This document shows, piece after piece, positions 1 to 10,739 of a DNA stretch of 64,000 nt. Under the pieces are notes generated by a model. That model was not told the DNA's origin. It ran no database searches and worked only from the letters and a program-made list of their open reading frames with translations. Made by a program: the position numbers and the translations under genes. The first letter of the stretch is position 1. The number at the start of each line of letters is the position of its first letter. Source of the DNA: Akkermansiaceae bacterium (GTDB taxonomy: Bacteria > Verrucomicrobiota > Verrucomicrobiia > Verrucomicrobiales > Akkermansiaceae); assembly GCA_051251915.1 (NCBI GenBank), contig JBPOGF010000002.1, positions 32,001 through 96,000 of the forward strand. The letters are read 5' to 3'.

Positions 1-52
1 TGCTTTACTTGGGCTTGGTGGGCTAGCTCTGATTTTATGTCGTCGTAAGTAA
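1..52 (+). CDS. 3' end of a PEP-CTERM sorting-domain protein (partial)
   Basis: Frame from nt 2 reads ALLGLGGLALILCRRK*, matching the tails of the other PEP-CTERM genes in the window. Confidence 0.85.
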   Translation, partial: ALLGLGGLALILCRRK

Positions 53-73
53 GGGGTCTTTTTTTTCAATGTT

Positions 74-102
74 AAGGTCACTCATGAAGGGTGGCCTTTT
101 TT
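74..102 (+). terminator. Probable intrinsic terminator
   Basis: AAGGTCAC...GTGGCCTT hairpin followed by a T-run, just after the PEP-CTERM stop. Confidence 0.55.
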
Positions 103-315
103 GTGGATTAATGACTGTAGGGTAAGGAAGCTGCATATGGACGCGTGAATGGTGTGATGCTAGCGTTAGTATGTCACGTTCATGTCTTAAATCGATCTTG
201 CGAAAAGAGTCTGAGGTGCCATATTGTCTGAACAAAAGTTAACGGGGGCGCGCTTCTAAAGTGCAGTCCTGTGTGTGGCATCGTATTACTTATTCATTCT
301 AAACATTCATAAACA

Positions 316-1602
316 ATGGCAAAAAATTCTAATCTCACCATGTGCTCGTTCTGCGGGAAGAGTCACTCGGAAGTCAAAAAACTCATCGCAGGTCCAGGCG
401 TTTATATCTGTAATGAATGTATCGATGTGTGCAGCGGTATTATGCACAAGGAACTGGCGAATATCTCGCATGGTGATTCACTTCCTGAAGAGTTATTTAA
501 TGCGGAAGATCTGCTTACACCGGCAGAGATTACTGCGCTGCTGAACGATTATGTCATTGGTCAGGAGCACGCGAAGAAGACACTTTCTGTAGCGGTATAC
601 AATCATTACCAAAGACTCCGTCAGTACGAGGAAGAGGATGAGAGTGGTGAGTGGGATGATGTGGAGATTGAGAAGGCTAACATTCTCATGCTTGGGCCTA
701 CGGGTTCAGGGAAAACACTTCTTGCTAGAACTCTGGCACGTGTTCTTAACGTGCCATTCACGATCGTAGATGCTACCACTCTTACTGAGGCTGGCTACGT
801 GGGTGAAGATGTGGAAAATATTATTTTAAAGCTGCTTCAAGCGGCAGATGGAGACATCGAGAAAGCGGAGCGTGGGATTATTTACGTGGATGAGATTGAT
901 AAGATAGGGCGTAAGACTGAGAATGTATCGATCACTCGTGATGTTTCTGGTGAAGGCGTGCAGCAGGCGTTGCTTAAGATTTTAGAAGGGACCGTTTGTA
1001 ATGTGCCACCGCAGGGTGGGCGTAAGCATCCTAACCAAGAGTATATCCAGGTGAATACGGAGAAAATTCTCTTCATTTGTGCAGGTGCCTTTGTTGGTAT
1101 GGATGAGTATGTGAAGAACCGCATGGGCAAGCGCACGTTAGGATTTGTGCAGGATGGTGAACTTGTGAATGGCGAGGACCTTACTGAATCTGAATTGCTC
1201 ACGAAGGTGGAGCCTCAAGATTTGCTTCACTTTGGGTTGATTCCTGAATTTGTGGGAAGACTTCCGGTTATTTCCTCTCTCCGAAAGCTTACTGAAGAGG
1301 AGCTGATCCAAATTCTTACAGAGCCGAAGAACGCGATCATTAAGCAGTATCAAAAGCTGTTAGGCATGAATGGTGTGAAGCTTAATATCACTAAGGATGG
1401 ACTTGCGGCACTTGCGGAAGAAGCTGTGAAGCGTGGCACTGGAGCACGAGCTCTGCGTGCGATCTTTGAGACACTCATGCTAGACATTATGTATGATATC
1501 CCAAGCCGGAAAGATATTGAAACAGTAACGATCAATCGACAAGTAGTGGAGGGAAAAAAAGAACCTGCACTCACTAAGAAAACAACAGTAGACGCAGCAT
1601 GA
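316..1602 (+). CDS. clpX: ATP-dependent Clp protease ATP-binding subunit ClpX
   Basis: C4 zinc finger CSFCGK...ICNEC, Walker [39 protein letters not shown]. Confidence 0.98.
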   Translation: MAKNSNLTMCSFCGKSHSEVKKLIAGPGVYICNECIDVCSGIMHKELANISHGDSLPEELFNAEDLLTPAEITALLNDYVIGQEHAKKTLSVAVYNHYQRLRQYEEEDESGEWDDVEIEKANILMLGPTGSGKTLLARTLARVLNVPFTIVDATTLTEAGYVGEDVENIILKLLQAADGDIEKAERGIIYVDEIDKIGRKTENVSITRDVSGEGVQQALLKILEGTVCNVPPQGGRKHPNQEYIQVNTEKILFICAGAFVGMDEYVKNRMGKRTLGFVQDGELVNGEDLTESELLTKVEPQDLLHFGLIPEFVGRLPVISSLRKLTEEELIQILTEPKNAIIKQYQKLLGMNGVKLNITKDGLAALAEEAVKRGTGARALRAIFETLMLDIMYDIPSRKDIETVTINRQVVEGKKEPALTKKTTVDAA

Positions 1603-2417
1603 GTTCAGAAATAAAACTAGGTTTAATTGGGTGTGGCAAAATGGGACGAGCACTCATCGAGGGCGCACTAAAGAATAAGGTGGTGGCACCGGAGAATGTG
1701 TTCATTAGTAGTCGTACGCCGTCAGCGGTTGAGACGATCACTTCTGAGCTCGGGGTAACGGCTCTGGCTTCTAATGTAGAAGTGGCACAAAATTCTGATG
1801 TTGTTTTACTTTGCACAAAGCCGGCAGACATTCCTCTCGTTTTGTTGGAGCTAGCCAATGAATCTGACTGCCTTACAAGCACACTACTTATTTCAGCGGC
1901 AGCTGGTCTTACGATTGTTGAGCAAGAGAAAATCTTACCTTTAGGGGTGCGTTTTGTGCGCTGTATGCCAAACACACCTGCGCTTATAGGGCAGGGGGCG
2001 GCAGCTTATGCGCTGGGGTCAGCGGCTACAGATGCCGATGCAGAGCTTACTTGTAAGGTGCTAGGAGCCACAGGTAGTGTTATTGAGGTGAAGGAGAAGC
2101 TGATGAATGCTGTTACTGGTGTTTCAGGTAGTGGACCAGCTTACGTTTATACATTTATCGAGTCACTCGCAGATGGCGGTGTGGCTGAAGGCTTACCTAG
2201 AGCGCAGGCGCTAGAGCTAGCAGTGAAAACTGTGCAAGGAGCGGCGATGATGGTGTCTGAGACAGGGCTGCATCCGGCGCTACTCCGTGATATGGTTACT
2301 AGCCCAGGTGGGACTACTATTGAGGCGCTTACTTCACTGGAGGCAAATGGTTTCCGATCAGCGGTGATCAGTGCGGTGAGAACAGCGAGTAAGAAGGCTG
2401 AAGAGATGGGGAAATAA
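1599..2417 (+). CDS. proC: Pyrroline-5-carboxylate reductase
   Basis: [31 protein letters not shown]; 4-nt overlap with clpX. Confidence 0.96.
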   Translation: MSSEIKLGLIGCGKMGRALIEGALKNKVVAPENVFISSRTPSAVETITSELGVTALASNVEVAQNSDVVLLCTKPADIPLVLLELANESDCLTSTLLISAAAGLTIVEQEKILPLGVRFVRCMPNTPALIGQGAAAYALGSAATDADAELTCKVLGATGSVIEVKEKLMNAVTGVSGSGPAYVYTFIESLADGGVAEGLPRAQALELAVKTVQGAAMMVSETGLHPALLRDMVTSPGGTTIEALTSLEANGFRSAVISAVRTASKKAEEMGK

Positions 2418-2503
2418 ATATTCTCACAAACCTCACTACGGGATTGCGTTTTTCGGCGAATGTTTCTACGTTCTTGCACACAAGCAATATAACGATTTTA
2501 GAA

Positions 2504-3403
2504 ATGAGCGAAACAAGCAGCACAAGTGAGAACCAGAAAATCTGGTTAGACGGAAAAATAATCGACAAAGCAGATGCTACAATATCTGTCTTTGACCACG
2601 GTCTTCTCTATGGAGATGGTATTTTCGAAGGGATTCGGATGTATAGTGGTAAGGTTTTCAGGCTTGATGAGCACATTGACAGACTCTTTTCATCTGCGAG
2701 ATCCATCTTGCTTAAGCTTCCTTGGACGAAGGAAGAGGTGATTCAGGCGACGATTGATACCATCAAGGCGAATGAACTAACGGATGGTTACGTTCGTCTT
2801 GTGATCACTCGGGGTGTGGGTGGTTTAGGATTAAATCCTTACCTCTGCCCGACTCCATCGATGTTTATCATCGCTGCGAACATCCAGCTTTACTCAGATG
2901 ACAGCTATGAAAATGGCCTTGATCTGATTACGTGTGCGACACGCAGGCCGACACCTGCATCGCTTAGCCCTCAAGTGAAATCGCTCAACTATCTCAACAA
3001 CGTCATGGCGAAAATAGAATGCATCCAGGCAGGCGTGATGGAAGGCATTATGCTTAATGAGCAAGGTTATGTGGCTGAGTGCACTGGTGACAATGTGTTC
3101 ATCGTGAAGAAGGGTGTTGTCTACACGCCGCCAGTTTCTGATGGATCACTTGATGGAATTACCCGTGAGGTTATTTTCGATCTTTGTGAAAGCGAAGGGA
3201 TTGAAATCCGTGAAGCATCGATGACTCGTCATGATGTGTTCATCTGTGAGGAAGCTTTCCTTACTGGGACAGCTGCGGAGGTTATACCATTTGTGAAGCT
3301 CGACCAGAGGGTGATTGGTGACGGAACTCCAGGGCCGCTTACTAGACGACTTATCACTGCTTTCAGGAAGCTAGCTAATAGCGAAGGCACGCCTTGCGTT
3401 TAG
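2504..3403 (+). CDS. ilvE: Branched-chain amino acid aminotransferase (PLP class IV)
   Basis: DHGLLYGDGIFEG, KSLNYLNN, ECTGDNVF, LDGITR, FLTGTAAE; ATG at 2504 preferred over the upstream TTG. Confidence 0.93.
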   Translation: MSETSSTSENQKIWLDGKIIDKADATISVFDHGLLYGDGIFEGIRMYSGKVFRLDEHIDRLFSSARSILLKLPWTKEEVIQATIDTIKANELTDGYVRLVITRGVGGLGLNPYLCPTPSMFIIAANIQLYSDDSYENGLDLITCATRRPTPASLSPQVKSLNYLNNVMAKIECIQAGVMEGIMLNEQGYVAECTGDNVFIVKKGVVYTPPVSDGSLDGITREVIFDLCESEGIEIREASMTRHDVFICEEAFLTGTAAEVIPFVKLDQRVIGDGTPGPLTRRLITAFRKLANSEGTPCV

Positions 3404-3591
3404 TGTGGGGTTCAGGTTTAAACTGGGTCATTTCTTGCGTGTTAGAAGCATGAGAGATGACCTGATTATACAAATCTGCAATCTGCTTATTTTTGTCAAA
3501 TTTCTCTGATGAGATGATCCTAGATGGGGGATCATTTTTCAAAGAGTCCGGTCTTGCAAATTATGCACTTGTTGTAGAAAGTGGTCGGACT

Positions 3592-4407
3592 ATGTGGACT
3601 ACTGCAAAAGAATTTGAAGACATCAAGTATGAGACTGCCGATGAGGGGCAGATCGCGAAGATTACTATTAACCGCCCTGAGGTAAGGAATGCTTTTCGAC
3701 CAAAGACGGTGAAGGAGCTTTTAGTAGCGCTAGATCTGGCGCATGAGGATCCGAAGGTGGGCGTTATTATCCTCACTGGTGAAGGTGAGAAGGCGTTCTG
3801 CTCAGGAGGAGATCAGAAGGTGCGTGGGCATGCTGGGTATATTGGTGAAGATGGGGTTCCGCGTCTGAACATCTTGGATGTGCAGCGTAAGATCAGGACG
3901 TTGCCTAAGCCTATTGTGGCGATGGTGGCGGGGTATGCGATTGGTGGTGGGCATGTGCTTCATGTTGTCTGTGATCTAAGTATCGCGGCGGATAATGCTA
4001 TTTTTGGGCAGACAGGTCCTAAGGTGGGGAGTTTTGATGGTGGGCTGGGTTCTAGCTATCTATCAAGAATTGTGGGTCAGAAAAAAGCGCGTGAGATCTG
4101 GTATCTCTGCCGTCAGTATAATGCTAAGGAGGCGTTAGATATGGGCTTGGTGAATACAGTGGTTCCTTATGCTGAGCTTGAGAATGAGACTGTTCAGTGG
4201 TGTCGTGAAATGCTGCAGCACTCACCGATGGCATTGCGTTGTCTAAAGGCTGCGCATAATGCGGACTGTGATGGTCAGATGGGGCTGTTAGATATGGCTG
4301 GGAATTCTACGCTACTTTACTATATGAGCGAAGAGGCGAAGGAGGGTAAGAATGCTTTTGTGGATAAGCGTAAGCCAGACTTTAGTAAGTTCCCTAGAGT
4401 GCCATAA
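3592..4407 (+). CDS. menB: 1,4-dihydroxy-2-naphthoyl-CoA synthase
   Basis: [48 protein letters not shown] at 3592. Confidence 0.97.
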   Translation: MWTTAKEFEDIKYETADEGQIAKITINRPEVRNAFRPKTVKELLVALDLAHEDPKVGVIILTGEGEKAFCSGGDQKVRGHAGYIGEDGVPRLNILDVQRKIRTLPKPIVAMVAGYAIGGGHVLHVVCDLSIAADNAIFGQTGPKVGSFDGGLGSSYLSRIVGQKKAREIWYLCRQYNAKEALDMGLVNTVVPYAELENETVQWCREMLQHSPMALRCLKAAHNADCDGQMGLLDMAGNSTLLYYMSEEAKEGKNAFVDKRKPDFSKFPRVP

Positions 4408-4431
4408 GTTGCCCTCAGTGAAAAAGGGGCC

Positions 4432-6105
4432 ATGAACTCATCAGAAAAAAATCTTCCTCAGCACGGTTGGGTGCTCTCAGTGATCATCTTTCTGATGGGG
4501 GGCTGCGGGCTAGCCTATGAATACACGTTCTCAAAGATAGCATCAGATCTGCTAGGGAATTCTGTTCAGCAGTGGGCGATCATCATTGCTGTGATGCTCT
4601 TCTTTATGGGGGTGGGTTCTGAAATTCAGAGATACATTTCTGATAAAAAAGTAGTGTCCTCACTACTCTACTCACAGTTGCTATTGGCTTTGCTCGGTGG
4701 GTTTGGCCCTATTTTGATGTTGTGGGCATTTACTTCTGCTCCTTATCAGTATGGGTTGGTGCATTATGGATTGACGAGTATGATGGGGATTATTATTGGG
4801 TTTGAGATTCCGCTGATTTCTAGGATCAACGAGCGTTATTCTGATGATATTGGTAACAATCTTGCTCGTGTTCTTAAGATGGATTATATTGGTGCGCTTG
4901 CTGGTGCGTTGCTTTGGGTATTTTGTTTGCCTAAGTTTTTCTCGCTCAATGAAACTGCATTTGTATTAGCATTCGTGAGCTTGGCCTCTACGTTGTTTTG
5001 CTGGTTTTATTTTGCACGAGTTAACCATAGGAAAGTTCTTTTCCTCACCGCCTTTGTTGGAGTATGCGGAGTTCTTGGTTTCGGGATTTCTCAGACTAAT
5101 CAATGGGCTCTGACTGCTGAGCAGAAGATTTATAAAGATCGTATTGTGTACGCAGAAACTACTCCGTACCAGCACATCGTACTAACGCAGAGTAAGCATG
5201 GGAATTTTCGTTGTTACATCAATGGACATATTCAATTCTCGGCAAATGATGAGCACATCTACCACGAGCATTTAGTGCATCCTGCTATGGCTGCTCACCG
5301 GCATCCGAGAAATATTTTAATCCTTGGAGGTGGTGATGGTTTAGCGGTGAGGGAGGTTTTGAAATATCCGAGTGTGGAAAAAATTATGCTAGTGGATCTG
5401 GATCCGGCTATGACGCGACTGGCTGCAGAGCATCCACTTTTTACCAAACTTAATGACTCTTCGTTGACGAGTGATAAGGTCACGGTCATTTCTGCTGGGG
5501 ATAGTGTCGAGAAGGGGGATGCGTATTTATTAGAGCGAAGTAGTCAGAATAGATCGATACATGGAGGTTCGCTGAGCGATAAACCTGAGCTTAGTGTGCT
5601 CAACATTGATGCCTCGAAGTATGTTGAACAGGCAAGCGGGTTGTTTGACGTGATCATCTGTGATTTTCCTGACCCGTCTAGCCCCGAGTTAGCGAAGCTT
5701 TACAGCATGCATTTTTATGGGGCTCTGATGAAGAAACTGGCTCATGATGGCTATCTGGTTCAGCAGTCGACGTCTCCTTACCGGGCTAAGGATGCGTTTT
5801 TATGTATTGGGCGTACGATGCAGAGTGTGGGGCTCGCGGCCGTGCCTTATCATGATCATGTGCCTTCATTTGGTGAATGGGGGTGGTGGATCGCCACGCA
5901 TCCTGGCTATGCGGATGAGGCGCAGCTTAGGCAGAGACTCCTGGGTATAAAGAAACTGCCGGATTATACTCGATATCTGACGCCAGATATTATTAAATCA
6001 TCATTAAGTTTTGGCAAAGAGGATCTTGATACTAGTGAGACGGACATCACCACCATCACGAACTCTGCGGTTCTTAATCACTACCTGAATGGATGGATCG
6101 AATAA
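4432..6105 (+). CDS. speE: Polyamine aminopropyltransferase (spermidine synthase-like) with an N-terminal multi-TM domain
   Basis: About 7 hydrophobic helices, then YHEHLVHP, ILGGGDGLAVREVL, VDLDPAMT, DVIICDFPDP, HVPSFGEWG. Confidence 0.88.
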   Translation: MNSSEKNLPQHGWVLSVIIFLMGGCGLAYEYTFSKIASDLLGNSVQQWAIIIAVMLFFMGVGSEIQRYISDKKVVSSLLYSQLLLALLGGFGPILMLWAFTSAPYQYGLVHYGLTSMMGIIIGFEIPLISRINERYSDDIGNNLARVLKMDYIGALAGALLWVFCLPKFFSLNETAFVLAFVSLASTLFCWFYFARVNHRKVLFLTAFVGVCGVLGFGISQTNQWALTAEQKIYKDRIVYAETTPYQHIVLTQSKHGNFRCYINGHIQFSANDEHIYHEHLVHPAMAAHRHPRNILILGGGDGLAVREVLKYPSVEKIMLVDLDPAMTRLAAEHPLFTKLNDSSLTSDKVTVISAGDSVEKGDAYLLERSSQNRSIHGGSLSDKPELSVLNIDASKYVEQASGLFDVIICDFPDPSSPELAKLYSMHFYGALMKKLAHDGYLVQQSTSPYRAKDAFLCIGRTMQSVGLAAVPYHDHVPSFGEWGWWIATHPGYADEAQLRQRLLGIKKLPDYTRYLTPDIIKSSLSFGKEDLDTSETDITTITNSAVLNHYLNGWIE

Positions 6106-6121
6106 AATTTTACACAAGAAT

Positions 6122-6955
6122 ATGAAAACACTACCCTATCAATTAAGTATCTTGGCTATTCTTAGTCTAGTTTTCTGCACGCAATGTGGGTCTGATAGCT
6201 ATACAACGACGGTGACTAGCTACGCGGCGGATAATCTAGACCTTAAGGCGGTGACAGCTCTTGCCTCTGAAGTGGAGACTGCTGAGGAGTTTGAAACGAA
6301 GTTGAACGATCCGGAGACTAAGATCAATAATTTGGATCTGAATGAAGATGGCCAGATAGATTACATCAAGATCACCGAGATCACTGGTGAGCAGAAGGGT
6401 TTCTCACTTACAGTTGAAGTGGCGACTGATACGGGAGTGGAGGAGCAGGAGATAGCGACTATTCAGTATGATTTGACGAAGGATAAGCATAGTGTGGAGA
6501 CGCAGGGTAACCGATACATTTATGGGCCGGGATATTATTACTTTTATAGGCCGCATTATAATCGCTTCCCTATCGGCGGGTATTTCTCGCGAGATCACAA
6601 GCCGCATCGATCACAGTATGGTCACAATAATAAGCCGAGTAATTTCACATCCAGCAAGCCAATCCCGCCTAAGGATTACACTGCCTATCATAAGAAGCGT
6701 GCGACTACCAATGGTTACGGTAGTAGTATGAAGGTTAGTAAAAGCTCTAGTTTGTCAGAGGTAATGAAATCTCCGAATGCAAATAAGGTGGCTAGTAGGA
6801 TAAAGGCACCACTTAAAAGCCCTAGCACGGCGCAGAAATCTTACCAGAAATCCACACCATCGAAATACACTCAGCGCGTGCAGTCCACGTCTAGTTCACG
6901 CTACGGTAGCTCTAGTTCATCCCGCTCACGGAGTTCTTTCGGAGGTGGTAAATAA
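6122..6955 (+). CDS. Hypothetical exported/lipoprotein with an EF-hand-like loop and a basic Ser/Arg-rich tail
   Basis: Signal-like MKTLPYQLSILAILSLVFC(TQC), DLNEDGQIDYI loop, C-terminal SSSRSRSSFGGGK. Confidence 0.7.
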   Translation: MKTLPYQLSILAILSLVFCTQCGSDSYTTTVTSYAADNLDLKAVTALASEVETAEEFETKLNDPETKINNLDLNEDGQIDYIKITEITGEQKGFSLTVEVATDTGVEEQEIATIQYDLTKDKHSVETQGNRYIYGPGYYYFYRPHYNRFPIGGYFSRDHKPHRSQYGHNNKPSNFTSSKPIPPKDYTAYHKKRATTNGYGSSMKVSKSSSLSEVMKSPNANKVASRIKAPLKSPSTAQKSYQKSTPSKYTQRVQSTSSSRYGSSSSSRSRSSFGGGK

Positions 6956-6992
6956 TTACTCTAACAGAATCTTAATTTAACACAAAAACATC

Positions 6993-7892
6993 ATGCTTGA
7001 TCAACTCTTCGACTTATCCTTATACCGTGAAATAGCAGACTGGCGTGTGCTTTGTTACATTCTTCTATCGCTATTCATTTTGTACATAGGCAAGCTCATC
7101 AACGGCAAGCTATCTGATTATGATTTGAATCAGGAGCTTACTGAAAATGATAATAAAGCGATCGCTATCTCTTTCTCTGGCTTCCTTATTGCTCTTTGCA
7201 TAGTCATCAGTGGTGTGCTCTTAAGTCCTAGCACCTTTGACTATATGGATGAAGCTAGTAGTCCTTTTGTGGAGGACTTGAAAATGACTGTTATTTGGTC
7301 TGCTGTGGGGGTAGGGCTATTACTTATTTCTAGAATTCTTTGTGATAAGCTCATGTTGCCTAAGTTTAGTAATAGAGTGGAACTGGTGAGAGATAGAAAT
7401 GTAGGGGTAGGTTTCGTTCAAGCAGGAGCTTACGTTGCCACAGCTATGGTGCTTAAGGCATCACTCATGTCACCGGCCGCTGCTCCATTGTTAGAAGACA
7501 TAGGACTTACGGCAATATGGTTTGTGGTCTCACAAGCGCTCATTATAGTTTACTCGATGGTCTATCAGAAAACTACGAAGCATGATATCCATCTTGAACT
7601 TAAGGAAGACAACGCGGCAGTGGGTGTTGCGCTAGGTGGGAATATTGTCGCTTTCGGTATTCTACTGAGCTTCTTCATCGCGGTTTATGATAGTATTCTC
7701 GGTTTAGTGGTCTGGGCAGTGTTGTCCATGATTATGCTGTGGTTAGTTAGGTTTGCTGTGGATAAGCTTATCCTGCCGGGGCATTCATTGAGTAGTGAGC
7801 TGAGCAAAGATAAAAACTGGGGAGCTGGAGCTATAGAGGCCATCACTGCGATCGGTGCTGCGCTTATCATTACAGGAGCATTTCATTATTAG
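6993..7892 (+). CDS. Tandem DUF350-type membrane protein
   Basis: Repeated 'EL..(D/N)N.(A/V)(I/V)(A/G)' units (ELTENDNKAIAI, ELVRDRNVGVG, ELKEDNAAVGV, ELSKDKNWGAG) separating TM pairs. Confidence 0.8.
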   Translation: MLDQLFDLSLYREIADWRVLCYILLSLFILYIGKLINGKLSDYDLNQELTENDNKAIAISFSGFLIALCIVISGVLLSPSTFDYMDEASSPFVEDLKMTVIWSAVGVGLLLISRILCDKLMLPKFSNRVELVRDRNVGVGFVQAGAYVATAMVLKASLMSPAAAPLLEDIGLTAIWFVVSQALIIVYSMVYQKTTKHDIHLELKEDNAAVGVALGGNIVAFGILLSFFIAVYDSILGLVVWAVLSMIMLWLVRFAVDKLILPGHSLSSELSKDKNWGAGAIEAITAIGAALIITGAFHY

Positions 7893-7903
7893 AATCATAG
7901 ATC

Positions 7904-8290
7904 ATGTCTGAACTACCATCACCTCCATCACATCCCACTCACTTACCGCATGGTGTGCACTATCTGTTAGAGTGCTCTGGGATCGATGTGTCCATTCTCA
8001 AAGATAAACTTCTGTTAGAAACCTTACTTCATAAAGCAGCGACAGATGCTGGTGCTACTATTGTGGAGACGACACTTCATGAATTCAATCCTCATGGACT
8101 TAGTGGAGTCATCGTAATAGCTGAGAGCCACATTGCTATTCACACTTGGCCTGAGCATCAGTATGCAGCGATAGATGTCTTCACTTGTGGCGATAATGTG
8201 ATTGCAGAGAAAATTTATCACAATCTGGTGCTTCATCTACAGCCTGAAAAACACACCTGTCAGATTATAAAGCGGGAGCCGCCAAAGTAA
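7904..8290 (+). CDS. speD: S-adenosylmethionine decarboxylase proenzyme (short SpeH-type)
   Basis: HEFNPHGLSGVIVIAE|SHIAIHTWPE self-cleavage motif, AIDVFTCG. Confidence 0.93.
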   Translation: MSELPSPPSHPTHLPHGVHYLLECSGIDVSILKDKLLLETLLHKAATDAGATIVETTLHEFNPHGLSGVIVIAESHIAIHTWPEHQYAAIDVFTCGDNVIAEKIYHNLVLHLQPEKHTCQIIKREPPK

Positions 8291-8293
8291 CGG

Positions 8294-9124
8294 TTAGCGT
8301 CTTCTCTTGGTAATTAGTAATAGTGAAGCGAGTGAGAATAGAGTGATGCTGCTCGGTTCTGGGACTGCGTTGGCATCAATGATTGTCTGGATGGCTGCGC
8401 GGTCTGCGCTCAGATCAGTGAAGCCGTTGGAGTCTAAGAAGCTTGCTTGGGCTACGATCCAGTTTGTGCCAACTAGTGTGGTTTCATTCGTGAAATCGTT
8501 ATGGACGAATAGTGGTGCGCCAGAGTCTCCTCCTTGTAGTAATGATTCATAGGGTAAGAGGGCGCTTGATGTGTAAGAAGCGAGTATGGCGTTGGCAGTA
8601 CTTCCTTCTACATTCGGCTGTGGATCGGTTGGGGCAGGTGCTTCTAAGGTATTCCTGCCGATGGCGAAGCTTGGAGCACTGGGGATGCTGTTGGCCGATC
8701 TGCCTGTTAGGTAGGCGCTTTGGCCTATATTTGAGCTGAGTGCGATATCGTAAAATGCGTAGCCTGGGGCGATAGGTGAATCAAGAGTTCCAACCCAGAT
8801 GTCGGTGGTGCCTATTCTCTGGCCTCCGGATACGGTGCGCGTGATGGAGCTTCCTAAGGGGTCATTACCTGCATAGAAAGTAATAATGTTGCCTGTGTTT
8901 GGATGAAAGTGGTTTGCGCTGAGGAATACATTTTCGCTGACCATGGTGGCCCACGTGGAATTATTGGAAATACCGACACCTGATAGATCAATGTCGTTAG
9001 CTATGAAGTTAGAGTTATTGCTAAATCTATCGTTGGTAGCTGATGTTTGGTTATCGATCTGGATAGCCATTAGAGACGATGTGAGTGAAATGAGGGCGGA
9101 GATGGGGATGAGTATCTTTTTCAT
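8294..9124 (-). CDS. PEP-CTERM protein with a trypsin-like serine protease domain
   Basis: Signal peptide; LSANHF (His), TDI (Asp), QGGDSGAPLF (Ser); tail VPEPSSITLFSLASLLLITKRRR. Confidence 0.8.
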   Translation of the reverse strand: MKKILIPISALISLTSSLMAIQIDNQTSATNDRFSNNSNFIANDIDLSGVGISNNSTWATMVSENVFLSANHFHPNTGNIITFYAGNDPLGSSITRTVSGGQRIGTTDIWVGTLDSPIAPGYAFYDIALSSNIGQSAYLTGRSANSIPSAPSFAIGRNTLEAPAPTDPQPNVEGSTANAILASYTSSALLPYESLLQGGDSGAPLFVHNDFTNETTLVGTNWIVAQASFLDSNGFTDLSADRAAIQTIIDANAVPEPSSITLFSLASLLLITKRRR

Positions 9125-9278
9125 AATGAGGTGTGAGAGGTATGGATAGTATCATGGGGGGCAGGGTGCTCAAGTCGATATGATTATCAATATTGCTTAA
9201 TCGATTTTGAGTTGTAACTAGTGAAAGTGAGTGTAAATACTGACTGAGTCTCTTGACTGATCATTTATCAGGTAGTAG

Positions 9279-10733
9279 GTGTTGGTCATGAATATATGTT
9301 TTAAATCAGTAGTCGTTCTTCTTGCGGGGAGTTTATCATCATTTGCAGAGATTCAGATGCCGGCATTTTTCGCTGATGGGATGGTGCTACAGCAGGAGAC
9401 AGGGGCTAAGGTTTGGGGATTTGGTGATGCGGGGGAGAGTGTGCAGGTGGAATTTGCAGGGCAAAAACTTACCTCTAAAACTGGTGGTGATGGTAAATGG
9501 GTAGTGGATTTTAAAGGGCTGAAAGCAAGTAAGAAGGGCGCAAAGATGTCGATCACTAGTGGGAAAGAAGTGCGTGAGATCACTGATGTGGTTGTAGGAG
9601 AGGTGTGGATAGCTAGTGGGCAGTCTAATATGGAGTGGAGTATCCGAAAGTCTGACAGTGCGGAGGGAGCTAAAAATGCGAAGGATGATTTGTTGAGGAT
9701 TTATGTCACTAAGAATGTTACTGCAGCAACGCCTCTTAATGATTTTAAAGGTAGTTGGAAAAAGGTTCATCCTGATAACAATCAAGATTTAACGGCAGTG
9801 GGGTATGAGTATGCGAAGATTTTAAGAGAGAAGTTAGATGTGCCAGTGGGGATCATCGAGTGTGCGTGGGGAGGTAAGCGAGTGGAGGCTTATATGAGTG
9901 ATGAGGCGGTGAAGGGGCTTCCGGAGGGTAAGAAGTTGGTGGCATTGAAGGCGGGGTTAATGAAGCGCTGGGAGAAGGTGAAGTCGGGTGCTATTAAGCC
10001 AACTAAGATGAATGATCCGGAATTGAACCCGGGGATGCATTCTACAATTTACAATGGAATGATAGCGCCAATAGCGGGTTACGGGGCGCGTGGTGTTATA
10101 TGGTATCAGGGGGAGTCAAATGCTAGGAAGGATACTTCTGAGGTATATGGTGAGCTATTAAAAGGTTTGATTCTAGATTGGAGGAAGCAGTGGGGGAGTG
10201 ATCTTTCATTTTACTATGTGCAGTTAGCTAACTTCGAAAAGGGGAAAGACTCTCCTTTTTGGGTGAATGTCCAGGATGAGATGCGCCGTCTGTTAGATGA
10301 GTGTGAAGGTGTGGGTATGGCAGTGATCAATGAAATAGGGGATAAGAAAAATATTCATCCACGGAATAAAAAGGACGTAGGTGATAGGCTTGCGCGTTGG
10401 GCTTTGAATAAAGACTACGGCATGAAAGATATTGTGATTTCTGGGCCACTTTATAAGAGCCATGTGGTTAAGGGTGCTGCTGTGGAGGTAAGTTTTTCTC
10501 ATGCTGATAAACTGAAAGCTCGTGATGGGAAGTCGCTGGGTGGTTTTGAGATCAGTGATGTTAAAGGGACTTGGTATCCAGCTGATGCAGAGATCAAGGG
10601 TGATAACGTTGTGGTTTCTAGCGAGGAGGTCACTAAGCCTAGTAATGTGCGATATGCTTGGAAGAGTGATCCAGTTGATGCTAATTTGGTGAATGAAGAG
10701 GGCTTGCCGACGAGTTGTTTCATCGGCAAGTAG
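9279..10733 (+). CDS. Sialate O-acetylesterase family (SGNH) carbohydrate esterase
   Basis: GMVLQQ, GEVWIASGQSNMEW, GVIWYQGESNA, FYYVQLANF, NIHPRNKK, VRYAW; true start may be the ATG at 9288. Confidence 0.88.
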   Translation: MLVMNICFKSVVVLLAGSLSSFAEIQMPAFFADGMVLQQETGAKVWGFGDAGESVQVEFAGQKLTSKTGGDGKWVVDFKGLKASKKGAKMSITSGKEVREITDVVVGEVWIASGQSNMEWSIRKSDSAEGAKNAKDDLLRIYVTKNVTAATPLNDFKGSWKKVHPDNNQDLTAVGYEYAKILREKLDVPVGIIECAWGGKRVEAYMSDEAVKGLPEGKKLVALKAGLMKRWEKVKSGAIKPTKMNDPELNPGMHSTIYNGMIAPIAGYGARGVIWYQGESNARKDTSEVYGELLKGLILDWRKQWGSDLSFYYVQLANFEKGKDSPFWVNVQDEMRRLLDECEGVGMAVINEIGDKKNIHPRNKKDVGDRLARWALNKDYGMKDIVISGPLYKSHVVKGAAVEVSFSHADKLKARDGKSLGGFEISDVKGTWYPADAEIKGDNVVVSSEEVTKPSNVRYAWKSDPVDANLVNEEGLPTSCFIGK

Positions 10734-10739
10734 GTGGGA

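Noticed and set aside
316..1602. clpX without an adjacent clpP
   Set aside because: Separated clpX and clpP genes are common, and this cannot be judged without the rest of the genome
3404..3591. Hairpins between ilvE and menB as a riboswitch
   Set aside because: No known aptamer consensus; the first stem is adequately explained as the ilvE terminator
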